Shown here piece by piece: positions 19,133-27,668 of a stretch of DNA of 35,599 nucleotides (positions are counted from its first letter, which is position 1; each line of letters opens with the position of its first letter). The notes below the pieces were generated by a model that was not told the origin of the DNA, did not search any database, and saw nothing but the letters and a program-made list of their open reading frames with translations. Origin of the DNA: an uncultured Alphaproteobacteria bacterium (GTDB taxonomy: Bacteria; Pseudomonadota; Alphaproteobacteria; Rickettsiales; UBA6187); NCBI GenBank assembly GCA_937907045.1, contig CALCTU010000123.1, positions 1 through 35,599 on the forward strand, read 5' to 3'. The translations under genes and the position numbers were made by a program.

Positions 19133-19161
19133 TATATACAGTATATTAGGCAGATTGTCAA
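19133..19161 (-). promoter_or_regulatory. Sigma-70-like promoter candidate for the two small ORFs
   Basis: The minus strand reads TTGACA (19161-19156), a 17-nt spacer, then TATATA (19138-19133), about 50 nt upstream of the ATG at 19082. Confidence 0.3.
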
Positions 19162-19252
19162 TGTTTATAGACTATTATAGCACAAAAATCAAATAAAATA
19201 TGTATTTTTGCTTAAAATGATGTAATTTTTTGATGCTATACGCTGTGATTGG

Positions 19253-21262
19253 CTAAATATCGAGTTTTTCCTTAAGGTCATTGCCCAATATTTCACTTTG
19301 TTGGGTAATGAATTTAAATCGTAGTTCTGGTTTTTTACCCATAAGCTCATTAACACGCGTTGCGGCAAATTCTTTAGCATCTTCATTGATGGTAACTCGT
19401 AATAAACTACGATTTTCAATATTCATTGTCGTTTCTTTTAATTGGCTTGGAGTCATTTCGCCCAGACCTTTAAATCTACTAATTTCTATTTGACCGCGTT
19501 TTTGTTCGAGCGCTTTGACGAGTTTATCTTTTTCTTGATCGGTATTCACATAATGTGCTTTTTGTTGATGTGTAATGCGGTACAGTGGTGGTTGTGCAAG
19601 GTATAAATGTCCATTATCGATAAGCTGTGGGGTAAACAAGTAGAAGTAGGTCATCAACAAAGATGCAATATGAGCGCCATCGACATCTGCATCGGTCATA
19701 ATAATCACTTTTTCATAACGCAAATCTTCATCTGTGTAATGATCCAGTACGCCGCATCCCAAGGCAAGATTCAAATCCTGAATTTCTTGATTGGCTGCAA
19801 TTTTATCTTTGGTAGCACTAGCAACATTAAGAATCTTGCCGCGCAGAGGTAATATGGCCTGTGTTTGACGGTCACGAGCCATTTTAGCTGAACCGCCAGC
19901 AGAATCTCCCTCTACCAAGAAAATTTCTGTGCCTTCAGGTGCTTGCCTGGTGCAGTCGGCAAGTTTTCCGGGTAAACGTAATTTTTGTACGGGACTCTTA
20001 CGTGCAATCTCTTTTGTTTGTCTACGTGCAAGGCGTTCTTCTGCTCGTTCTATAATGAACCCTAAAAGTTCTTTAGCACTTTGTTTATTGTGGCTAAGCC
20101 AATGATCAAAATGGTCTTTAACTGCATTTTCTACTAGTTTTACAACATGCCTATTGGAGAGTTTATCTTTAGTTTGGCCTTGAAATTGCGGTTCGGGAAT
20201 GAATAATGATAAGATACCAAAAATGCTGCCTGATACGTCATCAGCAGTTATATTTGAAGCTTTCTTATTACCAATAATTTCGGCAAAGTCTTTGATAGCC
20301 TTGAGTAAGCCATTTTTAAGGCCAGTTTCATGACTTCCACCCTGTGGTGTAATCACAGTATTGCAATAAGACTGAAATAGTGCATCACGTCTATAAATCC
20401 AGTGAACTGCCCATTCAACTCTTCCTTGTTTGTCTGCAAAGGTAGCTTCGCCGCAAAAGGGCTGATTGGCAACAGTTTCAGTGTCTTCGAGGGAAGCAGT
20501 GAGGTAGTCTTCCAATCCTTTAGGAAAGTGCAAGACATCCGTTTCTGGAACTTGTTGTTTTTTGTTGATGAGTTCAGGGTCACATGACCATCGAATTTCG
20601 ACTCCCTTGAATAAATAGGCTTTCGATTTTGCAAGTCGATAAAGTTTAAGTGGCTTAAAAGAAATGCCGTCGTCAAATATGTCTTTATCGGGCATAAATG
20701 TCACCTGGGTACCACTTTCTTTCTTGCGTTTAGTTGGGCCAATAACATTTAATTTTTCTACAACATTACCTTTCGAAAATACCTGCTTATACAGATTGCC
20801 ACCACGTTTAACTTCAACAATCATTTTTTCAGATAGTGCATTAACCACTGAAATACCTACACCATGTAATCCTCCAGAGGTTTCATAAACTTTATTACTA
20901 AATTTACCACCTGCGTGTAATGTGGTCATGATGACTTCAAGTGCAGATTTTTCTGGAAATTTAGGGTGAGGGTCTACCGGTATCCCGCGTCCGTCGTCGG
21001 TGATGGTGATGCTGCCATCTGCGTGCATGTGAAGTTCTATAAAAGTAGCATAGCCGGCAACGGCTTCATCCATACAGTTATCAAATACTTCTGAAACTAA
21101 GTGATGAAGAGCAATTTCATCGGTACCGCCAATATACATTCCAGGACGGTGTCTAACTGGTTCTAGGCCCTCAAGTACTTCAATATCATCGGCTGTATAG
21201 CTTTGATTGTCTGTGGGCTTGGATTTTTTTTGTGCGTTTGTGGATGAGAATAAGTCTGACAT
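19253..21262 (-). CDS. parE: DNA topoisomerase IV subunit B
   Basis: GHKL ATPase N-terminus (LEGLEPVRHRPGMYIGGT, EVFDNCMDEAVAG). Toprim EGDSAGGSAK, then PLRGKILNV and DADVDGAHI. At 669 aa it lacks the ~170-aa insertion typical of proteobacterial GyrB, which favours ParE. Confidence 0.82.
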   Translation of the reverse strand: MSDLFSSTNAQKKSKPTDNQSYTADDIEVLEGLEPVRHRPGMYIGGTDEIALHHLVSEVFDNCMDEAVAGYATFIELHMHADGSITITDDGRGIPVDPHPKFPEKSALEVIMTTLHAGGKFSNKVYETSGGLHGVGISVVNALSEKMIVEVKRGGNLYKQVFSKGNVVEKLNVIGPTKRKKESGTQVTFMPDKDIFDDGISFKPLKLYRLAKSKAYLFKGVEIRWSCDPELINKKQQVPETDVLHFPKGLEDYLTASLEDTETVANQPFCGEATFADKQGRVEWAVHWIYRRDALFQSYCNTVITPQGGSHETGLKNGLLKAIKDFAEIIGNKKASNITADDVSGSIFGILSLFIPEPQFQGQTKDKLSNRHVVKLVENAVKDHFDHWLSHNKQSAKELLGFIIERAEERLARRQTKEIARKSPVQKLRLPGKLADCTRQAPEGTEIFLVEGDSAGGSAKMARDRQTQAILPLRGKILNVASATKDKIAANQEIQDLNLALGCGVLDHYTDEDLRYEKVIIMTDADVDGAHIASLLMTYFYLFTPQLIDNGHLYLAQPPLYRITHQQKAHYVNTDQEKDKLVKALEQKRGQIEISRFKGLGEMTPSQLKETTMNIENRSLLRVTINEDAKEFAATRVNELMGKKPELRFKFITQQSEILGNDLKEKLDI

Positions 21263-21431
21263 GGTTTAATCATTAGGTGGCTTTATTTGTGGTGACTATA
21301 TAACCCCATCTATAGATAAGATGCTATAGATTTTTATTCGAAAGAAAGGTTTTTATCGTGAACATTGTTAAAAAAGTGCCTTGTATGGATTCGAATACCA
21401 TACTGACGGCGTAGCGAGGAGTAAAAATGCA

Positions 21432-22922
21432 TTATGCAAGTTCTGTTTCGGTGATGAAGTGCTCTTGCCCAAATGAAATGCACACACGCGTGCCTTTGTG
21501 GGGCTGACTTGTAATTGAAAATGACCCGCCCAGTATTTCGGTAAGCTTTTGTGTTAGCGGAAGTCCTAATCCGGTGCCATCAGAAGGTTGGGCTAGCTCG
21601 CTTTTAATTTGGCCAAAACGTTTGAGAGCTATTGCTAGTTCGTCATCAGTCATGCCTATTCCAGAGTCTTCAATAACAATAAGCAGGTGTTGTTGTTCTT
21701 TATTTTCGATGACATTAGTAGAAATAACAATATTGCCCCCCTGTGGAGTAAACTTGGTGGCATTGCCAAGAATATTAATCAAGATTTGCTTAAATCGTGT
21801 TTTATCTGTAACAAGTTCTGGTAGGTGTGGTGGCTGGTAGCGCACGTGTAATTGTTTTTCCTGAATGATGGGTGATAAAATTTGAATAGAAGCGGCTATG
21901 GTTTCACTAATGTTGATAGGTTGTTTTGTTACTGACATAAGGTTGGCTTCTATTTTAGACAAATCGAGTAAGTCATTAATTAAGCACAGTAGGTGTTTGC
22001 CTGATTGGTTAATATCTTGGGCATATTCAAGATATTTATCGTTATTCATTGGGCCTAACATTTGATTGGCTTGAATTTCAGAAAAATTAATAATGGCGTT
22101 CAGAGGGGTGCGGAGTTCGTGACTCATATTGGATAAAAATTCAGATTTGGCTTGGTTGGCCTGTTCGGCAACTTCTTTGGCAATATGGAGTGCATCGTTG
22201 GTGGTGGTAAGGCTATGATTGCGTTTTTCAATGTGTGCTAGCATTGTATTAAAACTTTCAACAAGAGAGCTAAGTTCGCATGATGCAGATTTTGTAGAAA
22301 GTGACGATGCTCGAATAGAATAATCTTGCTGCTGAGATATTTTTTTAGCTTTATTTACAAGGTCTGTAATAGGAGTTGTGACTTTGCTGTGTAACTTCAA
22401 TGCAAGTAAGTAGGATATAAAAAGGACACAGACTGCGATGATCGATCCTGTAACAAGTTGATTGTCAACAAAGGTGGTGATTTGGTTTACTTGTGAATAA
22501 ATATATAAAGTACCCACGGTAGTGTTTTGATCAGTAATGGGGTGAACGTAGGAAGCAAAGTTATTGTCGAATGTAAGTGAAGGGCGTGGAGGAACTTGAG
22601 GGCATGATTTTTTAGCATCTAGCTGGCGGTTTCTATAGGCCGTTATTAGTGAAAGCTCTTGGTTATACAGGCATGCCCCTGAAATTGTTTCAATAGAATT
22701 AAGGCTTGATAGGATGTCTATTTGTTGGTCATGGTGTATATTATGGACGTATATTTGAGAAACAAACGACGCTGTAGCATAAAGATGCTGGGAGATATGA
22801 AAGCGAATTTCACGTGCACCCGTTGCGATCATTGCAACGACACTCAGCACAATAGAAATGGCACTCACAGCCATAACAATGATAATCAGCTGTTGCCGAA
22901 TGGAAGATGGTAAAACTAGCAT
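21432..22922 (-). CDS. Membrane sensor histidine kinase (periplasmic CHASE8-like sensor, HAMP, HisKA, HATPase); orphan
   Basis: TM1 is LIIIVMAVSAISIVLSVVAMI. The periplasmic segment carries ACLYNQELSLITAYRN...TVGTLYIYS. TM2 is followed by a HAMP-like linker. H-box SHELRTPLNAIINFSE, N-box NILGNATKF, G-boxes DSGIGM and GTGLGL. Confidence 0.85.
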   Translation of the reverse strand: MLVLPSSIRQQLIIIVMAVSAISIVLSVVAMIATGAREIRFHISQHLYATASFVSQIYVHNIHHDQQIDILSSLNSIETISGACLYNQELSLITAYRNRQLDAKKSCPQVPPRPSLTFDNNFASYVHPITDQNTTVGTLYIYSQVNQITTFVDNQLVTGSIIAVCVLFISYLLALKLHSKVTTPITDLVNKAKKISQQQDYSIRASSLSTKSASCELSSLVESFNTMLAHIEKRNHSLTTTNDALHIAKEVAEQANQAKSEFLSNMSHELRTPLNAIINFSEIQANQMLGPMNNDKYLEYAQDINQSGKHLLCLINDLLDLSKIEANLMSVTKQPINISETIAASIQILSPIIQEKQLHVRYQPPHLPELVTDKTRFKQILINILGNATKFTPQGGNIVISTNVIENKEQQHLLIVIEDSGIGMTDDELAIALKRFGQIKSELAQPSDGTGLGLPLTQKLTEILGGSFSITSQPHKGTRVCISFGQEHFITETELA

Positions 22923-23197
22923 CTACAGTAAATTTTTTAGTCTCGTTTTTTAGGTGTAAACCACCATGTCATGGTTGAATCATAGCGCTTAAATATCGCA
23001 TTTCAATGTCTTTTTTGTTTTCGATCGTGAATAAAAGTGTAAATGAAAACACCATTTATTGGAGAGAAATGGCCTTAGATCATAAACTATGAGATTTTCG
23101 TGTTGCCTTGAGGTTGCAAATATACTAGGCTTAACTAATGTTCTGATTGAATTTAATCAGGCAGATGGGGTTTGATATTTATTTTCCAGGGAGGATC

Positions 23198-23551
23198 ATG
23201 ACAGAAGAAAATACGAATGAGGCTCAATCTGAATCAAGTCAGGAGTCGGTGGAAGCCAGTAAAGGTGGCTCTACTGAGGTAAAGCTTCCTCAAATGTGTG
23301 AAATATCAGATGCAAAGCAAATATATGACCTTATTAAAGAAGCAAATGCTAAGGGGAGTGAGGTTATTATTGATGCCTCTGAGGTAACGTCTCTGACAAC
23401 TCCATGTTTGCAAATTCTTATTTCAGCGTCTAGTCATGTGACTGAAGGGGGCGGCTCCTTTGTGATCAAAGGTGAAACAGATGTGTTTAGGAAATCTGTG
23501 TCTGATTTTGGATTATTTTCAAAATTACAGGAGTGGGGGTGTCAGGTATGA
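23198..23551 (+). CDS. Small STAS-domain protein heading the che operon (non-phosphorylatable type)
   Basis: ATG 23198 is preceded by GGGAGG. The STAS-like core is IIDASEVTSLTTPCLQILISA....SFVIKGETDVFRKSVSDFGL and lacks the DS[ST]G phospho-site. A small STAS ORF precedes cheY1-cheA in rhizobial che operons (from memory). The stop overlaps the cheY start (ATGA). Confidence 0.65.
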   Translation: MTEENTNEAQSESSQESVEASKGGSTEVKLPQMCEISDAKQIYDLIKEANAKGSEVIIDASEVTSLTTPCLQILISASSHVTEGGGSFVIKGETDVFRKSVSDFGLFSKLQEWGCQV

Positions 23552-23922
23552 GTCGTGTAGCGTTAACTGTGGATGACTCAAAAACCATCCGCCAAATGGT
23601 CTCTTTTACTCTCAAACAAGCCGGATTTGATGAAGTGTGGGAAGCAGAAGATGGGCGTCATGCTATTTCGGTACTTGGAGATAAGCACGTTGATATTATT
23701 ATTACTGACCTAAATATGCCAAATATGGATGGTTTTGAGTTATTGAGGCATTTACGTCAGGATCCCAATTACAAATTCATCCCTATATTAATGTTAACAA
23801 CTGAGGGTGATGATTCAAAAAAACAAAAGGGCAAAGATGCCGGTGCTACAGGTTGGATTGTAAAGCCGTTTGTTCCTGAAAAGTTAATAAAAGTTGTTAA
23901 AAAAGTTGCCAATATTGACTAA
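23548..23922 (+). CDS. cheY: Chemotaxis response regulator CheY
   Basis: Single REC domain: ALTVDDSKTIRQMV, phospho-acceptor context IIITDLNMPNMDG, LMLTTE, and GWIVKPF. Start ATG 23548 overlaps the upstream stop. Confidence 0.9.
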   Translation: MSRVALTVDDSKTIRQMVSFTLKQAGFDEVWEAEDGRHAISVLGDKHVDIIITDLNMPNMDGFELLRHLRQDPNYKFIPILMLTTEGDDSKKQKGKDAGATGWIVKPFVPEKLIKVVKKVANID

Positions 23923-23976
23923 CAGTTGGTTTATATTGGGGGGTAATTTATATAATTATGTTGGTGGGTATGAATC

Positions 23977-26166
23977 ATGATGGATGACTTAGATCAGTTT
24001 AAGGATACCTATATCACCGAATGCAATGAGCTTCTGGAGGATATGGAGGAGCGGTTGCTGGGTATTGATGAATCAGATCCTGATCTTGAAGACGTCAATG
24101 CAGTTTTTAGGTGTGCGCATTCTATTAAAGGTGGTGCTGGAGCATTTGGTTTGACCGAAATAGGTGGGTTCACCCATATTTTGGAAGAATTGTTGGATGC
24201 TATGCGTAATTCTGAAGTGCAGGTTACGCGTGAAATTATTGATTTATTGCTGGCATCTGCAGAAGTTGTTAAAGAAATGGTAGCAACGGTTCAGCAAGGG
24301 GATCCGGTTCCAGAAACGTTGGGTCAAGATTTGGCGATTGAATTAAGAAAAGTTGTTGCTGAACAGTCAGGTGGTGGAGCTGCATCAGAAGAAGCTCCTG
24401 CGGAAAGCTCGGAGGCTCCAGAAGAGGCACCGTCGAGTGATGCATCTTCAGACTCGTCTGCTCAAGATCCAAACCCCACAGGGACAAGGGAAGTTGAAAT
24501 TGGCATATATGATATAGAATTTAAGCCGCATAAAGGACTCTTTCTTACCGGTAATGAGCCTCTCTTTATTATTAGAGAGCTTAAGGAATTAGGGTCGTTA
24601 GAAGTTTATACGCAAATTGATGAACTTCCTGAGTTTGATAAACTTGAGCCAGAATCATGCTATGTTTGGTGGAAGTTTGTGTTAGAAGCGGAGGCAACTA
24701 CCGAAAAATTGACTGAAGTTTTTGAATTTGTAGAAGATGAGTGCGATTTAACAATAAACCGATTAGGGGGATATAGTAAGCAGGTTGAGTTAACAGAAGA
24801 AGAAAAGGCCGCGCAGCAAGCTGCAGTGGAAGCATCAAAAGAGCCACAAGAAAGTGATGACCAGGATAACAATGCCCCTCAAGAAGAGACTGCTGAAGAT
24901 AAACAAAAAGTTGAAGAAGAGAAAAAGCCTGCACCCGCTAAGGCCAAGAGTAATAAAGATAAAGCTGCCAAAGCTCCAGTGGCTGCTTCAATTCGTGTAG
25001 ATGTTGATAAAATTGACCGTTTGGTTAACTTGGTTGGCGAGCTAGTTATCAATCAGGCAATGATATCATCCCAGGCAGATAAACTACCAAAGGATAAGTT
25101 TTTTGGGCTATTAAATGGCATATCAGAACTGTCACAGCATATGGTTGAGCTTCAAGAAGCTGTGATGGCTGTGCGTATGATGCCAGTAAAATCAGTTTTT
25201 TCACGGATGTCGATGTTGGTTCGTGATTTAAGTGCAAAGTTAGGTAAGAATATCCGCATGGATATGGCGGGTGAGAATACGGAGCTCGATAAGACTGTTA
25301 TTGAGCAATTAACAGACCCATTAACTCATATGATACGAAATTCTGTGGACCACGGTATTGCTACGCCTGAGGTTCGCTTGGAGCAGGGAAAGCCTGAAGA
25401 AGGCGTCATAAAATTGACCGCAGAGCATTCTGGTGGACGAATTCTGATCCGTATAGAAGATGATGGTAATGGTATTGAAAGGCAGCGTGTCTTGGATAAG
25501 GCAGTCGAAAAAGGTTTGATTTCCGAAGATGCTGAACTGTCTGATCATGAAATTGATAATCTTATTTTTATGGCAGGATTTTCTACTGCTGAGGCTGTGT
25601 CAGACATTTCTGGTCGTGGTGTGGGGATGGATGTTGTCAGAAGAAACATAGAGTCATTGGGTGGTACTGTTACAATTGACAATAATCCAGGCGTTGGTAA
25701 TGCATTTATCATTGTATTGCCGCTTACTTTAGCAATTCTTGATGGTATGATTGTGCGTGTGGGTAATGAAAAATACGTTATTCCTATAGGTTCTATTGTT
25801 GAGACGCTAAGACCTTCTTCTGAAGATATCCAAAAGATTGCAGATAAAAGTGAGACGATCAATGTCAGGGGAGAGTTTGTCCCAATATTGTACCTCTATC
25901 AGCTCTTCAATATCCAGGATGCTAAACATACTATTTCGGATGGACTAGTGATCTTGCTAGAAAATGGTGATGACAAATTTGGCCTTGTGGTAGATGAGTT
26001 AATAGGACAACAACAGGTGGTTATTAAGAGTTTAGAAGAAAATTCTTTTGTCGTCCCTGGAATTTCAGCTGCTACCATCTTAGGTGACGGTAGGGTTTCT
26101 TTGATCCTGGATGTCGCTGGAGTAAGAAATATGGAGACCCCTATGGCGTTGGCTGAGGTGTCTTGA
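23977..26166 (+). CDS. cheA: Chemotaxis histidine kinase CheA (P1-P5, no C-terminal receiver)
   Basis: Hpt motif FRCAHSIKGGAGAFG, dimerisation region IRVDVDKIDRLVNLVGELVI, kinase N-box HMIRNSVDHGI, G-boxes DDGNGI and GRGVGMDVV. The C-terminal CheW-like P5 domain is present. Two acidic or Lys-rich low-complexity linkers separate the domains. Confidence 0.93.
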   Translation: MMDDLDQFKDTYITECNELLEDMEERLLGIDESDPDLEDVNAVFRCAHSIKGGAGAFGLTEIGGFTHILEELLDAMRNSEVQVTREIIDLLLASAEVVKEMVATVQQGDPVPETLGQDLAIELRKVVAEQSGGGAASEEAPAESSEAPEEAPSSDASSDSSAQDPNPTGTREVEIGIYDIEFKPHKGLFLTGNEPLFIIRELKELGSLEVYTQIDELPEFDKLEPESCYVWWKFVLEAEATTEKLTEVFEFVEDECDLTINRLGGYSKQVELTEEEKAAQQAAVEASKEPQESDDQDNNAPQEETAEDKQKVEEEKKPAPAKAKSNKDKAAKAPVAASIRVDVDKIDRLVNLVGELVINQAMISSQADKLPKDKFFGLLNGISELSQHMVELQEAVMAVRMMPVKSVFSRMSMLVRDLSAKLGKNIRMDMAGENTELDKTVIEQLTDPLTHMIRNSVDHGIATPEVRLEQGKPEEGVIKLTAEHSGGRILIRIEDDGNGIERQRVLDKAVEKGLISEDAELSDHEIDNLIFMAGFSTAEAVSDISGRGVGMDVVRRNIESLGGTVTIDNNPGVGNAFIIVLPLTLAILDGMIVRVGNEKYVIPIGSIVETLRPSSEDIQKIADKSETINVRGEFVPILYLYQLFNIQDAKHTISDGLVILLENGDDKFGLVVDELIGQQQVVIKSLEENSFVVPGISAATILGDGRVSLILDVAGVRNMETPMALAEVS

Positions 26167-26198
26167 TTATTTTTATGTTATCGTTTTAGGAGATTGCA

Positions 26199-26789
26199 AT
26201 GACAGATTTAGCTGTAAAAGAGAAAGTAATCGATGAAAATCAGGATGGTGAATCTTCTGTAGATAGAGGGAATCAAAAACAGTTTCTAAGTTTTGCTGCA
26301 GGCGAAGAAGAGTTTGCAATTGAGTTGATTAAAATACGTGAGATTAAAAATTACGGTGATCTAACTAGAATACCAAATGCACCAAGCTTCATGCGCGGAG
26401 TAATGAACTTGCGTGGTGCCGTGATTCCCATTTTTGATCTCAAGTTACGGCTTGATATGGGGGGGGTTAACTCAGACGAATCAAGTGTTGTTATTATTGT
26501 TGGGGTGATGGGAAAACAGATTGGTATATTGGTTGATTCTGTTTCGGATATACTGACCATTGATGCAAGTGAAATTGCTCCTGCGCCTAGGGTCGACTCA
26601 GGAAAGAAAGCTCAATGTTTAGAAGGGGTGATTGCTGTAAAGGGCAAAATGGTAGTTATTTTACAGTTAGAGCAATTATTTTCTGATGAAGTATTACGAG
26701 ATGCCAAAAAGGGTGACGTAACAAGTAACCATGTTAGCGCTTCTGATGCTGAGGTTTTAGAAGAACCTGCAAATATTGATGATGAATAA
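26199..26789 (+). CDS. cheW: Chemotaxis coupling protein CheW (with N- and C-terminal extensions)
   Basis: Core is FLSFAAGEEEFAIELIKIREIKNYGDLTRIPNAPSFMRGVMNLRGAVIPIFDLKLRL...GILVDSVSDIL. An AGGAG Shine-Dalgarno precedes the ATG. Confidence 0.88.
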   Translation: MTDLAVKEKVIDENQDGESSVDRGNQKQFLSFAAGEEEFAIELIKIREIKNYGDLTRIPNAPSFMRGVMNLRGAVIPIFDLKLRLDMGGVNSDESSVVIIVGVMGKQIGILVDSVSDILTIDASEIAPAPRVDSGKKAQCLEGVIAVKGKMVVILQLEQLFSDEVLRDAKKGDVTSNHVSASDAEVLEEPANIDDE

Positions 26790-26806
26790 AGGTTTGGGTT
26801 GCGCTT

Positions 26807-27658
26807 ATGGAAGGTGGCAATAAGGAATTTGACTTTTCAGATAAGGACTTTGAGTTCATCTCGGATATGGTGAAGTCACGGGTTGGCATTATGCTGCCAT
26901 ACAAAAAGAAGCAGATGGTATATGGAAGGCTTGTAAGAAGGCTTAGGGCATTAGGAATCCCAACATTTACAGAATACTGCAAACTATTAAGAGACGAAAA
27001 AAAAGCAGATGAAGAGTTAACACAGTTTGTTAATGCAATTACAACGAATCTTACGGGATTCTTCCGTGAGGCTCATCATTTTGAACATTTAAAGAGTTAT
27101 CTTCAGGATTTACAGCAATCAAAACAAAAGAGCAAAGAAGCTAGTTGTTTTAGATTGTGGTCGTCAGCGTGTTCCTCTGGACAAGAGCCCTACAGTATAG
27201 CAATGACAGTACTTAATTCTTTTCCTTCGATTGCGAACATAGATGTTAAAATATTAGCTACAGACATTGATACAAATATGCTTGATAGAGCCAAAGAAGG
27301 TATATACCACGAAGATGCTTTTTCTAAGGCTCCTCCTGGTTATATGAAAGAATATACAAGCTCTGCTTCTCAGGAAAGTGAAGGAATGCGTCAAGTAAAG
27401 CATTCGGTTAAAGATTTGATACGATTTAATCAGTTAAACTTGTTAAATGCATGGCCGATGAAAGGATTATTTGATGTTATTTTTTGCCGTAATGTAGTTA
27501 TTTATTTTGATAAAGATACTCAAAGGGTACTATTTGATCGTATGGCAGAAAAAATGCATATGGGGGCCATACTATATATAGGTCACTCTGAAAGTTTATT
27601 TAATATTTGTGACCGCTTTGAGTCTTTGGGGCAAACAATATACAGGAAAATAAAATAG
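26807..27658 (+). CDS. cheR: Chemotaxis protein methyltransferase CheR
   Basis: N-terminal helical domain (FEFISDMVKSRVGIML...TNLTGFFRE). The SAM-binding core is LWSSACSSGQEPYSIAM...ILATDID...FDVIFCRNVVIYFD. Confidence 0.9.
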   Translation: MEGGNKEFDFSDKDFEFISDMVKSRVGIMLPYKKKQMVYGRLVRRLRALGIPTFTEYCKLLRDEKKADEELTQFVNAITTNLTGFFREAHHFEHLKSYLQDLQQSKQKSKEASCFRLWSSACSSGQEPYSIAMTVLNSFPSIANIDVKILATDIDTNMLDRAKEGIYHEDAFSKAPPGYMKEYTSSASQESEGMRQVKHSVKDLIRFNQLNLLNAWPMKGLFDVIFCRNVVIYFDKDTQRVLFDRMAEKMHMGAILYIGHSESLFNICDRFESLGQTIYRKIK

Positions 27659-27668
27659 GGAAGAAGAA

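Noticed and set aside
19189-19419. 76-aa minus-strand ORF overlapping the 3' end of parE
   Set aside because: It is out of frame with and largely inside parE. It is Lys/Asn/Ser-rich with low complexity and has no translation signals.
19253-21262. Type IIA topoisomerase B subunit as GyrB
   Set aside because: At 669 aa it lacks the large C-terminal-domain insertion of proteobacterial GyrB (~800 aa), and no gyrA/recF/dnaN context is present. ParE is the better call, but phylogeny is needed to be certain.
21384-21404. Palindrome GTATGG-attcgaata-CCATAC downstream of the 21432-22922 kinase as an intrinsic terminator
   Set aside because: On the minus strand the T-run starts only after a 7-nt spacer (aaggcac), and the stem is short and AT-rich. 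The evidence is too weak to list as a feature.
23147-23197. N-terminal extensions proposed by the ORF track (23147 for STAS, 23533 for cheY, 13506 for yciA, 33161 for DUF2155, 18781 for the 58-aa ORF)
   Set aside because: Downstream ATGs have better Shine-Dalgarno spacing and remove overlaps with neighbouring genes. They also begin at the expected family N-termini or signal peptide.
22923-23197. Sigma-54 (TGGCAC-N5-TTGCA) or sigma-28 (TAAA-N15-GCCGATAA) promoter upstream of the che operon
   Set aside because: TTGCCTTGAGGTTGCAA contains a TTGCA but no correctly spaced GG element, and no GCCGATAA-like -10 was found. These are only partial chance matches.
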